Positions 36,201-51,200 of a stretch of DNA of 64,000 bases are shown here, one piece after another. Each line of letters starts with the position of its first letter. Position 1 is the stretch's first letter. This DNA comes from Perna viridis (Eukaryota). The DNA lies in contig CM074518.1 of NCBI GenBank assembly GCA_037379345.1, positions 2,790,001 through 2,854,000 of the forward strand. The letters are read 5' to 3'. The notes beneath the pieces are model-generated. The model did no database searches. It was not told the origin of the DNA and was given only the letters and a program-made list of their open reading frames with translations. The translations under genes were made by a program, and so were the position numbers.

Positions 36201-39200
36201 CACATAATCAGCCTGTTAAATGGCTGAAAAATGGAAAACCCATCGATAAAGATGATCCGTAAGTACTTTCAGTAAAAATGGAAAACCCATCGATAAAGAT
36301 GATCCGTAAGTACTTTCAGTAAAAATGGAAAACCCATCGATAAAGATGATCCGTAAGTACTTTCAGTAAAAATGGAAAACCCATCGATAAAGATGATCCG
36401 TAAGTACTTTCAGTAATTATCTTTTCTTATGTTTTCTAATATTTTAAAACTTTAAATCATCTTAGTTAGAGTGCAAAAAAATATGACTGTTAGATTTTTA
36501 GAAGTTAACTGTATTAGAAGCCATTAAACGCAAAATACAAAAAGTTTCACTAGTCTTATAATTCAATGTGCAATATAGTAGTGCTTTGGTAAGGTTAATC
36601 TTAATAAAAAAAATCTTTTTTTCTTTGTGACATTAAATGATGAAGTATTATATTTAGTTGAAGTCATGTGATTGATCCTTTTTTATATTTAACAGTCGTT
36701 TGGAGGTTACAAGGAAGGGAGAATTGTATAAGATTGTCCTGAAGAACTTGAAACGTGAGGATGCTGGTGAATACTGTTGCCAAGTAGGAGAAAGACCTTC
36801 TAAATGTGAAGTCATTGTCGATGAATGTAAGTTTGAGAATTAACCCTAAAACAAATTGCAAAGAAAAGATATTTAACTAAATATATCTAAGAAATAGAAG
36901 TCAATGTTGATAATAAATTTTTACAGATTCAATCAAATATTCAAATAAACAGAGTTAATTGATTAAAGAAATTGTTTGTCACCCTTTTTTTCTTTTGTTA
37001 TTTCTACATTGAAAATTGCTAAATTTAGTGACCTAGAATATTTATAAAAAACAGGATTCATTACTAAAATAGATATGCGTTTTGTTATGGGTAACCCATT
37101 TATTTATTGATTGTACCTATATTAAAAGTACATGGGCGAATGATAACATGGAGTTTATTTACACACAAATGATTAATTTACAAATTACATGTGAGACACT
37201 TTTATAGAATACTGAATATAACAAGTAGGTAAATAGAGAGGATTACATTAACAGATTATTTTCTTTTGAAACAGTGCCCAAACCACCAAAGATAGACCCC
37301 AAAGATATTCCAGAGGAGGTCATTGTGAAGAAGGGAGAGGTCATTGAGATAGGTATTCCATTTATTGGTGTACCTCAGCCTGAAGGTCATTGGAAGAAGG
37401 ATGGTAACCCTCTCAGTGAGGCTAACACTGATATTAGAATGAGTGAAAACTTAGCTCAAATCATAATCCCTGATGCACAGAGAGGTGATGCTGGAAATTA
37501 TGAACTGACCTTAACTAATGAGGTTGGTTCAGAGGTCATTCCTGTACCTGTTAGGGTCTTAGGTAAGAATAGAATGTTGATTTATCACTGGATCACTCTG
37601 AAACTTTTCTAATAATACACTATCTTAAATGAGTCGTGTAAATGGTACTTCAGTTAGTAGAAATTAAAATACTAGATATGAACTTTGTGTGTCCCCTTTT
37701 TCAGTTTTACATGTCTATGTATCTTTGCAGTACGAATATGATTTATTTTACAGATGTACCAGGCCGTCCAGGAGAACCCCTTGATGTTGTTGATGTCTAT
37801 GCTGATCGATGCTCATTGCTCTGGGACAGACCTAAAGATGATGGAGGCAGCCCAATTAAGAATTATGTCGTAGAAATGAAAGACTCAGAGAAAGATGACT
37901 TTGAGGGTGTATGTACAACTGAAGACTTGGAAGTTGATGTAACTGGACTGAAGGAGGGACATCGTTATCAGTTCCGTGTTAAGGCTGTTAACGACCAGGG
38001 AGTCAGTGAGCCTCTAGTTGCTGATGGTGAAATCATTGCCAAGGATCCATGGGGTTAGTCCGACTATTAATAGCATCATTTCATGTGTTAACTTCATTTC
38101 TTTGTTAACAATGTCATAATTGTTTTATATCTCACCATTTGATAAGTTCTTGTTTTGTTTATTTACTTGTTTGTATTTTTCATTTTTGAATTGGGTTTCA
38201 TTATAAAATGTTTTTAGGCTTACATTGAACACTTTGAAAGTTTCTGTGGACTTTGTATATTTTGTTTCAACTGAAAGAAATCCTCTGTAACAAACATGTA
38301 TACTCGGCGTCACATAAATAACATACTGTTAAAATTTGAATAAAAATATTTTCGACGACTTTATTGACACCAACCGTCGTTTAAATTGTCTTAAATGACT
38401 TGCTCATTCGTTTAGCCAAACAGCTTCTCAAAAACAAGTCGCTTATTAGCTTAAATCATGCGTAACAAATCCTTACGGGAAAATCCCATACTAAATCCGC
38501 CATGTTGGTTTTTACGGGACGATTTGTTTACAAACGAAGTTCGTAAGTTCCCGTCGAACTCCGGTGACAATCGTCTGCTTGATCAACTTCTCGGTATTGT
38601 ACGTTGTTCGCGTAAAATAAATCCGAGATATCCGAAATAACGCCGAAGTGCATTCTGGGTTCTTCGGTTTTTGGACAAACCATTTAAACGTAAACAACAT
38701 CTCCTAGCAACCCGATCACTGTAAACATGGCCGACTTTTTACAATGTAAATATTGGCACCTAGAATTAAAATCTGACCGGAATTTAACGATTCAATGTTT
38801 AGGGAGAAGCTGTTTGGCTAAACGAATGAGCAAGTCATTTAAGACAATTTAAACGACGGTAGGTGTCAATAAAGTCGTAGAAAATATTTTTATTCAAATT
38901 TTAACAGTATGTTATTTATGTGACGCCGACTATAGTTAAAGTTCTTCTCTTTCTTTCATTATAGCAGATATTGAAAGTTCTTTGTTTATACTGTTTATGT
39001 ATCTCTGTACAGATCCGTCTGACCCACCTCAGGACCCAGTGGTAGAGGACTATGACAAGGACTACGTAGAATTAGGATGGAAGCCACCAGCAAATGATGG
39101 TGGTGCTCCTATACAGAAATATGTCATAGAGAAGTGTGAGAAGGGGATACCAAAATGGGAACATGTAAGGTTTGCTCGTTTATATCAGATAAATTTGAAG

Positions 39201-42200
39201 AAAAATGAAGACAAAAACACGAAAAAAGATGTTAGCTCTCGTTATGCATAAGGAGAAGTGAAATATCAAAGAAGAGTTTATAACTATTGATAATACAAAC
39301 TCTAGTCTGCCAAAAAGTGCCACACATAAGAATTATTTTAATTGTAACGTATGATTATCATATGAATCTAGCATGATATGATGGTTTACATTTGCATATG
39401 ATCATGGTATGATTATCAGTTTATAATTATTCATTTTTCACAAACAAATGATAATCATATTTTGGATATAAGAATCATATTATAACTTTATGACTATTAA
39501 ATGTAAATTATCATGTGATTTCTATATAATTAATTTATGATATGAGCTTCATATGATTATATGTGTATTTTTGGCTGTGTACATCCAAAATGATTTTTGC
39601 CTAATTATTACACAATCCTTGGCTTGTTTCACATTTATGATTAAAGTGAACTATGTATTACAGGGTACTGAAGTACCAGGGGATAAAAATGTTGGTACAG
39701 TCAGTGGACTGAAGGAGAATAAAGACTACATCTTCCGTGTTGCTGCTGTCAACAAAGCTGGTAGATCTGAACCCAGCGAAGCAACACCACCTGTATTTAC
39801 GAAGTCTAGAAGAGGTTAGTTAATAGTTCTACCATCACGATATTACAGCTTTATTGCCTTTATAAATAGATTTATTCTGTTATTCCGCTAATTCTGTTAA
39901 GTCCAATAGTTTTTTTATGATTTTAGTTTTAATCAAAAATTGTGAAACTCAAAACTAATTATTGATTTGAACATAATAATATTGTTTTCCAGTCAAGCCA
40001 AGGATTATGAACAAGAATGACTTGATTCCATTAAGAGTGAAAGTCGGCACAAAGTTTACCATTCCTGTAGAATACATTGGTGAACCTACTCCTAAAATTG
40101 AATGGAAGAGAAAAGGATTGGTATGTAGATTTACTTGATTTCATATTTAATTCATTTTTCCAAGGAATTTCGGATAAGAACTTTCCATAAAATCTTTACA
40201 TAAAATCAGAAAAGATAGCGCACAACTTTTTATTCAGCTTGGTTATTAGAGTAATGAAATTTAGATGTGTATTTATCAAATAAAAAAGATCTTGCAAAAA
40301 AAAAACTAGACCGACCAAAATTTTGTGCTGTATCTGTCTGGACCTTCATCATATAAAGAGTATATTTGACCAACATTCACAAGAAAACCATGTAACATTT
40401 GTGAAGTTACCGTCTCTCTGATTCTCTTCAATTTGTGTCAGTTTTCCTCATTAGTACAACTGTACCAGCACCAATTGATGCAAACCTAAAAAAAAAAAAA
40501 ACTAGTCAGAAATCAAACTTTAGGCCTCATGCACAGTTTATTATCCACTGGATCATATAACACAGCAGACATACCACCAACAATAATTATAAATTATTCA
40601 ACCTTTTATTCCATCATGCATGATATTTACCAGCATTGTCCTTTTCTACCACTTTAGGACTTATCAAAAGTAAGTATTCCACATCCTCAACCTCTTTACC
40701 ACTGTATAAATGCTTGAACAAACACATTACTTATATATTATAGAAGATTTCCAATCAATGTTGTATACCACTCTATGTCATTGTAATTTTATGTCAAATT
40801 TATTAGGTATTTTATTTAGGTATTGTCTCTATGATTTAGATTGTGCATGTTGATAGCAAACTTTTAAATGACAGTGTATAGGTGCTGTAGTTTTTTGTTA
40901 TAGATTGTTAACTAAGTCTGTATTTTAGATCTGAAAATCTTTTAGTTTTTGCTTAATATGGTCTTTATCTCTATCCCTACTTTTACTTTATTTAGAAGCT
41001 TTTTTTCTATTTAGCTTATACATGTACATGTGTATTTAATTTTTAATGTTGTATTTTTAGCTTAATTTTACCAATCAAACTCTTTTACACTACTTTTCTG
41101 AAACATCTCAGTCAGTACCTACATTAGGTACATACTAAACTTTCCCATGAAAATTTTTATGGTAAAGCTTCCATAAGTACTGGTTGAGCCTGCTTAGAAA
41201 GAAAATACTGTAGTGCAAAAGAGTATCTTCAACCAGAAACAAAACTACATTAATGCATTGATAGCTTTAAACAAGCTTAGATAACTGCTATATCATTATA
41301 TTTCAGCTTTAATCAGTTAACTTGTATAAAGCAAATATCATGCTAACTTATGTGTTAACAAAATACTCATTATAAAACAATACAAACTTGCTACTTTATC
41401 GGAGTAATAAAGTGCATATTTCAGAAAGTCACTCATGAGATAATGACTCCAGCCATCAAACTCAGAACAAAACATAATAAAGGTACTGGTACATCAAAGT
41501 CTATATCTGTGTGATGTATTTTAATTCAATTTTAAATTATCTAATACAGGACAACAAGGTGGAAGATGTACAGCCTTCAGATCACATGAAGATTGACAAC
41601 AGTACACCAAAGAAGACTGTCCTTAACTGTACTGACCCACAGAGGAAGGATACAGCTGTATATACCATCAATGTTACTAACAAACATGGCTCCGACTCAG
41701 CTGATATTGAGGTTGTCTGTCTTGGACCACCTACCAAGCCTAAAGGTCCTATCAAGATCTCAAATATTACTGCTGAGAGTGCTACCCTGGAATGGGAGGC
41801 ACCTGAGGACCTTGGAGGTTCTCCTCTTGAGTAAGTTAAAATTAGAGGCAAAATCATTTCAAATAATCTCACTAACAAAAGTTATATTAAAACTTTGAGA
41901 AAATATCATGAATATTTATTTTTGTCATGATTTAGATATTCATATATGATGCTTTTTTTTAAAGTCTTCTTTGATAGTTTATAGTTAAAAATTATAATGA
42001 TTTGCCTTGATGTAAAATATTGTGCTCGGATAAAATTTGCACCAAAATAAATTAACACAGAAACATATTGATTTGTTACTAAAAATGCCTTGGACAAGTT
42101 CATATCAGTAATAAAACCAGAAGGCACTTTTGCCATTCTACATCAGTAGAGTTTGATCTCCATCACTGATAGCTCATATTAATTTCATTTCTAGTGGATA

Positions 42201-45200
42201 TAAGGTTGAGAAGATGGACACGAAGAAAGGAAGCTGGGAACCAGTTAGAGAGGGTGTTAAGGGCACTAAGGTCACTGTACCTAAGTTGAAGGAAGGTAAC
42301 GAGTACAAGTTCCGTGTGTCTGCCATCAGTCCTAACGGTGCTAGTGAACCACTAGAGACAGAGAAGCCTATTGTTGCCAAGAAACCATATGGTAAGGTTT
42401 GGTGAAAATTTAGTAACAGGATACCACACTGTTCATTTTCTATGTCTATTGCTTTAAACAATTGTACATGTAAATTGCTAAAATATGTAAAAGTGCTTAA
42501 GTGTAAATTTCAAGTTTTGACAAAGTTACTTTTGTTATAAATACAGCCATATTCTAAATATGATTAGCCTAACTGTCTTTTGCTTGGGGTAAATTGAGTA
42601 ATATAACAAGAATAACAGTTAATGGTATAAAATTTTGTTGATAGATGAGCCATTCCCACCAGGACAACCAAAATGTGTTGCTAGAGATCGTGATCATATC
42701 AAGATTGCCTGGGAACCCCCACAAAAAGATGGAGGTAACCCAGTCAAGGCATATGATGTGGAAAGGAAGGAACCTAAGACAAACAGATGGGTCAAGGTCA
42801 ACAAGGAGCCAGTCACTGTAAGATATTTTAAACAGAACTATACAACGAGTGTCAAAAGATTTGGTAAAGACATATGCTAGACACATTACGTAACTTAAAG
42901 TATGTGGAAAATACAGGAAAAATTTACTTGAAATTAAGATGATTTTTAGTTCTTCAGAAGGTTATTAGTGATTTTGTGGTCATTTCTTTTTTTGTAAATT
43001 TACTCAAAAAGGATACATACATGTATGCTTACTTTTTTATACACTTTTAGGGTTGTGAATATGATGACAAGAAGGTAACTAAAGAAAAGGAGTATGAATA
43101 CAGAGTCATCGCTATCAATGATGCCGGACCTTCAGAACCTAGCGTAGCTTCTAAACCCATCCAAGCCAAACCAGAGAAAGGTTAGTATATAATTATCATA
43201 GTGGTTGAGATGGTGAATAAGTGGTTAGGGTCTTGCTGGGTTTAAAAATGCTAACTTTTTTCAATATAGCTTTTAATGATTAAAATAATTATACTGACCT
43301 ATCTGAAAGCATGGAAACTTGTAGATAATGTATACATGTATACCCAGTACTTCTTAATATTGTTATTTCTTGCTTAGCCCTATATATATGCAAAAATAAT
43401 GTTATAACCTCAACATAAATTGTGGAATGTGTGGAGTCTTGAAGTGCATTTCACATTGGTTTACAAATAATTGGAATATCAGTTCAATGTTTTATCAAAA
43501 TACCACTTGTATGTAGTAACATTAAAAAGTCTTTGTCAATAATCACTATTAAATTTTTTACATTTCCAGAGGCACCAAAGATCAACCTTGATGCCCTGTT
43601 CGGTGTCAATGAGATTAAGGTGAAGGCTGGTGAACCACTGGACATTGCTCTTGGAATCAGTGGAACACCTACTCCTACTGCATCTTGGGAGAAAAATGGC
43701 CGACCTGTCGACAGGAGGGTATGATGGCACTATTTTTTTCCTAGGCAAAATTGAAAATAAAATTACTTCATTTGGAAAATTGTTAAAATGTCAAGTAATG
43801 GCTAAATGAAGAGATATTCACATTGTTGTTTTCTGTCAAGTAATGAATTGATCCTCAACTTTTTGGATATTTATTGATGTTACATAGAAAGGACTACATA
43901 ATTACTTTTACCCCACCTCTGATAATTATCAGTTGAAGTCAACTAATCAGTGCTCTGTATTTTGATCACGTGAAGACGGTGTATTTCTGATACACAGTCA
44001 CTATTTTAGCAATACCCGGTCAGTTATCGTTTTTTAGTTTACTACAACAAAACTGGCAACCAAAGGTTTTGCGTCGCTTACAGCAGACAATATACAAAAC
44101 AATAGTACCGTAGAAGCAACACAAGGGTAAAAATTGAAACACACATCAGGAACATAAAAGAAAATTATTGCTATCTAAATATTGGGTATTAACTTTTTTT
44201 CTCTTAAAAAACAAAAAAACAAAAACAAAAACAAAATAATCGATGGGGTAAATTCCTTATATAGTGATTGAGTGGCTGTGTACGGAATTTACCCTGGTCA
44301 ATAGATTCCATACTTGGCTAGGCTGCTCCTTGCTTGGTATGAAATATACTGACCAGGGTAAATTCCGTACACTGCCACTAAATCATTATGTAACTAATAA
44401 TTCTTCTGACAACTGTTCAGCTTTTCAATAGATAGCTTTGGTAATAAAACACCCAACAACAAAAACTTAGAAATGTTTCAAATTAATTTTGATGATAAAA
44501 CTTCTTTGACATTTTTATTAGGCACAGTGCACAAGCTCTGAGGATGATGCTAAGCTCCATATAGATCAAGCAGAGAGAGGAGACACAGGGAAATATACCA
44601 TTACTGTCTCTAATGAGAGTGGATCTCAATCAGCTGATGTTAATGTTATTGTATTAGGTAAGTTGTCAGGGGTCCATCTGGGATGTTCTCAGGGGACTAA
44701 CTTGGAAGTTGTCAAGGGACTTACTGGGAAGTTGTCAGGGGACAAACTGGGATGTTTTCAGGGGACTAAATGGGAAGTTGCCAAGGGTCCATCTGGGATG
44801 TTTTCAGGGGACCAACTGGGAAGTTGTCAGGGGACCTACTGGGAAATTGTTAGGGGTCCATCTAGGATGTTTTCAGGGGACTAAATGGAAATTGTTGACT
44901 TACTTTCTGTATGATCTTCTAAAATCTCATTGTTCTGACATTACTTTTTCACTACTACTCATAGATAAGTTCCATGTTATCTATACTATTTCTATTCTAT
45001 ATCAATGGCTGAGATAATCCATCATGTTATGTTACAGATAAACCTGGAGCACCAGAAGGTCCTCTTGCTGTCAGTGATGTCTTTGCTGATAATTGCAAGT
45101 TGTCATGGAAACCACCAGCAGACAATGGTGGAGCTGATGTCACAGGTATTACTATCTAATCTCCCTTGTTATACTCTCTCAAAGTTCAGGGGTATACAAG

Positions 45201-48200
45201 AATCATCCTGTCTGTCTGCTTGTCTGTCCACATTTCTAATTCTAAAGGATTTTTATAGAATTATATAGGAAGATTAGGCATCACTTGTAGATGTACATGA
45301 AGGAATATGACTACTGTCAGAGAAAACCAAAGGGAAATAATCAAACTTGAGGTTTTTTTTTAACATTTTGCATTTATCCCCATTGGAAGTGGGGGTATTA
45401 TCTTTGTAAATTTGCACTCAGCATTTGTAGTAAGATTTAATTTGTGAAGAGCATTTTGAAGTTACCTTTTATCTCTGCAGAGCTATGTTTTTGAAAATGG
45501 AAATAAATTATATTAAAATTGGATTTTAGTTTAAATTTGAATAAAATGTCTGAGTATTTCTCACAAAATTTTTAATGTTATCAAATTGGATTTATAATTT
45601 TTGAAAACATGAATAAAATCCATCTGTGACTTGTAATCTACTCCTAATAATCCTATTGTTAACAGGTTATATTGTTGAGAAGTGTGAGGATGGGAAAGAA
45701 TTCTGGGAGAAAGTTCCTGGAATTGTCAATGGTACATCTCATAATGTCAAAGGTCTGAAGGAAGGAAAAAAATATAAGTTCCGTGTCAAGGCAGAGAATA
45801 TCTATGGTGCTGGGCAACCACTGGAAACAGAGAAACCAGTACTTGCTAAAAATCCATTTGGTAATGTTTGGCTTTATATATTTTATATTGAGGTAATGAC
45901 ATTCATTGAAATTTAGCAAATAATGCAGTATTACAATAGGTTTATTTTTGTCACTTGGTTTTTATGAAAGAATTTTTTTATGAGCTGTTCAAAGATTTAT
46001 AGAAGATTCTCAACAAACGACGTATTTTCAGAGGCAATATCACTCATTGTTAAGCAATATTAATTGCTTGAAATATTGTCATTGTAATGACGATGTTGTT
46101 ACCATGACAACATCAAATTGATGAAGCATACTATTTTTATTTATTACAGATGCTCCTGATGCTCCTAAAGATCTGGAAATAGACAAATTTGACAAAGGAT
46201 CTGTAGATTTGGTTTGGAAGAAACCAGACAATGATGGTGGAGATCCTATTCAAGGTTTGTGAAATGCCAATAAAACAATACTATATCTTATCTAGATATT
46301 AACTGGTACTTATGCCATACCACTACCATAATTAAAACTTTACAGCACTTAATTGTAATGCATATGTATGTTTTATGTAAATTTCTTATTGATCTCTCCT
46401 TCCTAATGCCATTGTTTCACTTTACTGTTACCATTTAAGGTTACATTGTGGAAAAGAAACCCAAAGGAGGAGACTGGGTACCAATAAATAACTACCCAGT
46501 AAAGGAGCCAAAATATTCTGTACTTGGACTAAAGGAAGGACAGGTGCTGGAGTTCCGTGTGTGTGCTGTTAACCAGGGCGGTCAGGGCAAACCAAGCAGA
46601 CCTACCAAACAACACACAGTTAAAGACCCAGTCTGTAAGTCATGTTTAATTACCATTTATTCAATGTTTAATTTCATTTATGTGAAAATTACAAGTGGGT
46701 TTTATATTTAATTTATAATGTTAGTTTAAAACTAATGCTTGATGCTCTCAAAAAATTGTTTAAAACTAATGCTTGATGCTCTCAAAAAACTTTTTCTTTG
46801 TTTGATGCTTAGGAAAAGAACCTCCACTTCCAGAAAAAAAAAACTTTTTGAAGTTTCTAATTTTAATCACAGAGTTACAAGATCAGAACAAAAGAAATCT
46901 ATTGTCTACTGCTTTAGAAACCGCACCAGAATAGGCCAATCTTTATAAATTATTGGATATACCAGTAAGCTAGACCAGTCAAAATATATAGGGACAGTTG
47001 CTTGAATATAGAATATGTGTTTATTTCAGATGCTGCTGGAGCACCAGGACAACCTAATATTGATAAGATGACACCAACATCTGCTGAGCTGTCCTGGACC
47101 AAACCATCCAAAGATGGCGGTGGTAAAATCCTTGGCTATGTCATTGAGAAGAAGAAGAAGGGAGGTGACTGGGAAACAGCTACTGAAGTTCCTGCCAACT
47201 CTACCCATGGCAAGGTCAATGATCTGACAGAGGGTGAGGAGTACCAGTTTAGAGTAAGAGCAATCAATGATGCAGGACCAGGAGAACCCAGTAAACCAAC
47301 ACAGCCAGTCATTGCTGAATATCAACCTGGTATGTTGGTTTGTATGAGTCTGTCATAACAGGTATCTATTGTAATAAAAACTGAGCATTTATTATTTATA
47401 TAAAGGTTGCAGTATTTCCAATGTTTATCTAATGTTTTATCTACTTGTACCTAATCAAAGTGATTACATGTATTTACATCAGAATATGAAAAAAGTATAT
47501 TATACAGGTATCTATTGTAAGAAAAACTGAGCATTTATTATTTATATGAAGCGTGCAGTATTTCCAATATTATCTAATGTTACATCTACCTAAAAGTGAT
47601 TACATGTATTTAAATCAGAATATGAAAAAAAAATTACTGTCTTGTTTATTTTTAGAAAAGCCCCAGCTAGATATGTCTGGAGTTAAGGACATTACAGTAA
47701 AACAAGGCCAGAAGTACCAGATCAGAGTACCATACAAAGCTTGGCCCAAACCTTCAGCACTCTGGACTATCAATGAGGAGGAAATGCCTTCTGTTGCCAG
47801 GATGGACTCTAAGGTACAGTAATTGTACAAGTTTCTCTCTAAGCTAAAATCTGACTATTGGCATTCATTTAAAGATAAACAGGGTTTCTCTTGTAAATGC
47901 ACATAGTTAAAAGTGATAGATAATCTTTAATTGATATTCCCGACTTGCGGACCAACGTTTTGTCAACATTTACCTCCCTTTGGAGCAGGTGTCTATTCGG
48001 AACATGTAACGTTTTCCATCCGATATCGACAATACTTTAGAAAATTTTGAAAGTCAAAAAGGAACTTCTCGTTCTACTGACCCTGCCATAATTTTTCTTT
48101 ACCCGGGATACAAATGAAAATCATCCTTATGTAACCTACCAACAAAATGAAACACCCTGTAAATTTTAGAAACACCGTTGTGTTTGTCTGCTGGGGATTC

Positions 48201-51200
48201 CATTTTCATTCGAGTTACCTCTTTTTTCTGCACCCGAATCCGAACATCAATTAAAGAGACTTCGAAATTACACCTGCTCTTACGGGAGGTAACTCTGCAA
48301 AAACAGGATAAAATATGGCTGCATTCCGAGCTCCGCAAATAGGGAATATACCTGGAAAAATGAAGGAAGTTATATGGCTGCATTCCGAGCTCTGCAAGTA
48401 GGGAATATACATTGTACCTGGAAAAATGAAGGAAGTTGTATGGCTGCATTCCGAGCTCCGCAAGTAGGGAAAATACCTGGAAAAATGAAGGAAGTTAATG
48501 TGAAAACTTACTTAGATATCACATAATACCTCACCACTTGGTTATAATACCTCACCACTTGTTATAATACATCACCACTTGGTTATAATACCTCACCACT
48601 TGTTATAATACCTCACCCCTTGTTATAATACCTCACCACTTGTTATAATCTGTTTTTGCTTTGAAAAAAAAAAAAACTACTAACATAAAACTCAAAAAAA
48701 TTTTTTTCATTGTCTGAAGAACCTATTAGGTTTATGATTATAAATTAGATTTACCTTAATTAATTTTTTATTGCTCTGAACATTTCTCCATTCATTAATT
48801 GTGGTAAGAAATCATGTGGTTATCCTTTCAGGTTGAGGGTGATCATGTCTTGCTGACAAATGACAAGGCTCAAAGAGTTGATGCTGGAAAATACAAACTG
48901 ACCTTGAAAAATCCTTCAGGTCAAGACTCGGCATCATTTACTGTCAATGTACTTTGTAAGTAATTTTCATTAATCTCCATTAATGTTCAGTAATCTGTTG
49001 TTTTTTGTTTTTACATTTTTGTTAAAAAAATTGTGTGTTATTAAATGTATATTTGAATGCATATCATTGACAGAACAATCTATGAATACCAAAGCACCAG
49101 TACAATATAAAGGTACAACTTAGCTTTAACATTGCTCAATTTCTAAGTTAATCAACTTGCACAAACATACATAGTAGATGATAAATAGAATGATTTATGA
49201 TTTATATACATATGCTCCATCAATGTATTTTCATTTCAGCTCCACCTGCCAAACCAGAGGGGCCAATCACAGCCTCTGATATCATTGGTGATGAAGTGAC
49301 ATTGTCATGGAATGCCCCCAAAGATAATGGTGGTGAACCAGTCACTAACTATGTTGTTGAGAAGAGAAAGAAAGGATCAGGAAAATGGGGCAAGGTTACC
49401 GGTACAGCTAAAGAACCAACATGCCAGGTCCGTAACCTGGAACCAGGAACGGAGTATGAATTCCGTATCATGGCTGAGAACCCACAGGGAGTTAGTGAAC
49501 CATTAGAGACAGAGAAACCAATCCTAGCTAAACTGCCTTATGGTAAGCACATTGAGTTTTTGTTTTAAGAGGAACAACTTTAGGGGTAATAACTACTATC
49601 TGTCTATTGTTTCTAGTAATTTACAGTTAAGGGGAGGTAAATCAGTAAAAATTGGATAGAACAGTACCATTATTAGGTAGATTGGGTCAGCCCCTTTGAT
49701 CTTTTTTAATCATTGATGGGCTTTACTGTATTGATTTGAGACAGTAATGCCCACTTCCATGATGTATGTAATGTCAGAAATGATTACATAAAATTTAAAA
49801 CATTCAGTTCTACTGATCTGCTCATAAAAAGTGATATAGAATGAACCTCAGGCTATATACTGATAGAGTCTTGGTGATTAAGGCTACCTGTACAGCTAAG
49901 TGTTGCTAGTCCATGTAGCATTATTTCCTTCTAGGATTTTCATCTTTAGATTTTTTTCTAGGAATTACATGCAGTATCTATTACAGTATTTTTTATGTTT
50001 ATTTTTCACCATATGTACAACTAACAAAGATAAAATCTGGTTATCTTTGTGACGTTGTTATCAGTAATTGTGACTATCTGTTTATAGACAAACCAGGGGC
50101 TCCAGGTACACCTAAATGTCTTGAATACACTGAAGATTCTATCACACTAACATGGACTCCACCAAAGGATGATGGTGGTAACCCTATCAAAGGATATGTT
50201 GTTGAGAAGAGGGAGAAAGGCAAAAAAGATTGGCAGAAGTAAGTTTATGAATGTTGTTTTGTTCTCAGTAAGGAGGTTCTCTGTAAGGAGGTTCTCAGTA
50301 AGGAGGTTCTCTGCTATAAATTTGTCATATGGTTTTGTTGATAATCTTCAACACAAAAATATGCATTGTTCTGTGATCTACACATTATGGATTCTGCAGG
50401 GACTTTTCATTACAATTGCTTTGTCTAATACATTTGCTAAAATCCATGGAAACTAGTTAGTAATACATGTTACCCTAAACCAGGTGTTCTGATTGGGAAG
50501 AAATTTTCCTTCATGGATTTCTTTTTTAAGTAACTGTTTTGAGAATTTCTGATTTTTCAACATTTATTCAGCTTAGTAAACCAAGTTTGTGTAACACTAA
50601 TCAACATTGTTGTCTATTATAGAGCTAATATTGCTGACGTGCTGACTGATGAGTTCCAAGTTAAAGGTCTACAGGAAGGCAAGGAGTATGAGTTCCGTGT
50701 CGCTGCTAAAAACAATGCTGGTCTTGGCGACTGGGCTGAAACATCTGAGGCCATAAAAGCTAGGTCTCCACCAGGTATAACTTTACCATAAAAGCTAGGT
50801 CTCCACCAGATATAACTACACCATAAAAGCTAGGTTTCCACCAAGCATAATACTAAAATATTGTACTACCTATTTTATTTTTCCTGATTGATTTCTAACA
50901 AGTTTAGATGATTTTTATCCACAGAGTCAGTCCAAAATGCCTAGAAATGAAGAGTAAATACTAATCATTTAAATCTTCTTTTTTTATATTTTTAAAGTAA
51001 GTTGTCCTTTCTTATATCAAATTTATTTATTTTTATTTTATTTTTGCAGTTGCACCAAAGGTAGACAAGAACTTTACACCAAGAGATGTTGTAGCTAAGG
51101 CTGGAGAGCCTTTCAAGATAGTCATTCCATACACAGGCAATCCCATTCCATCTGTTAACTGGGCAAATGTAAGTCTTACACAAGCAATACAATTCCATCT

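Noticed and set aside
38458-38700. ORFs inside the MITE as a transposase
   Set aside because: Only about 60 aa, with no DDE or HTH motifs
46098-46111. RFX X-box-like palindrome GTTACCATGACAAC (similar motifs at 1914 and 28942)
   Set aside because: Short motif found several times in introns, with no independent promoter evidence
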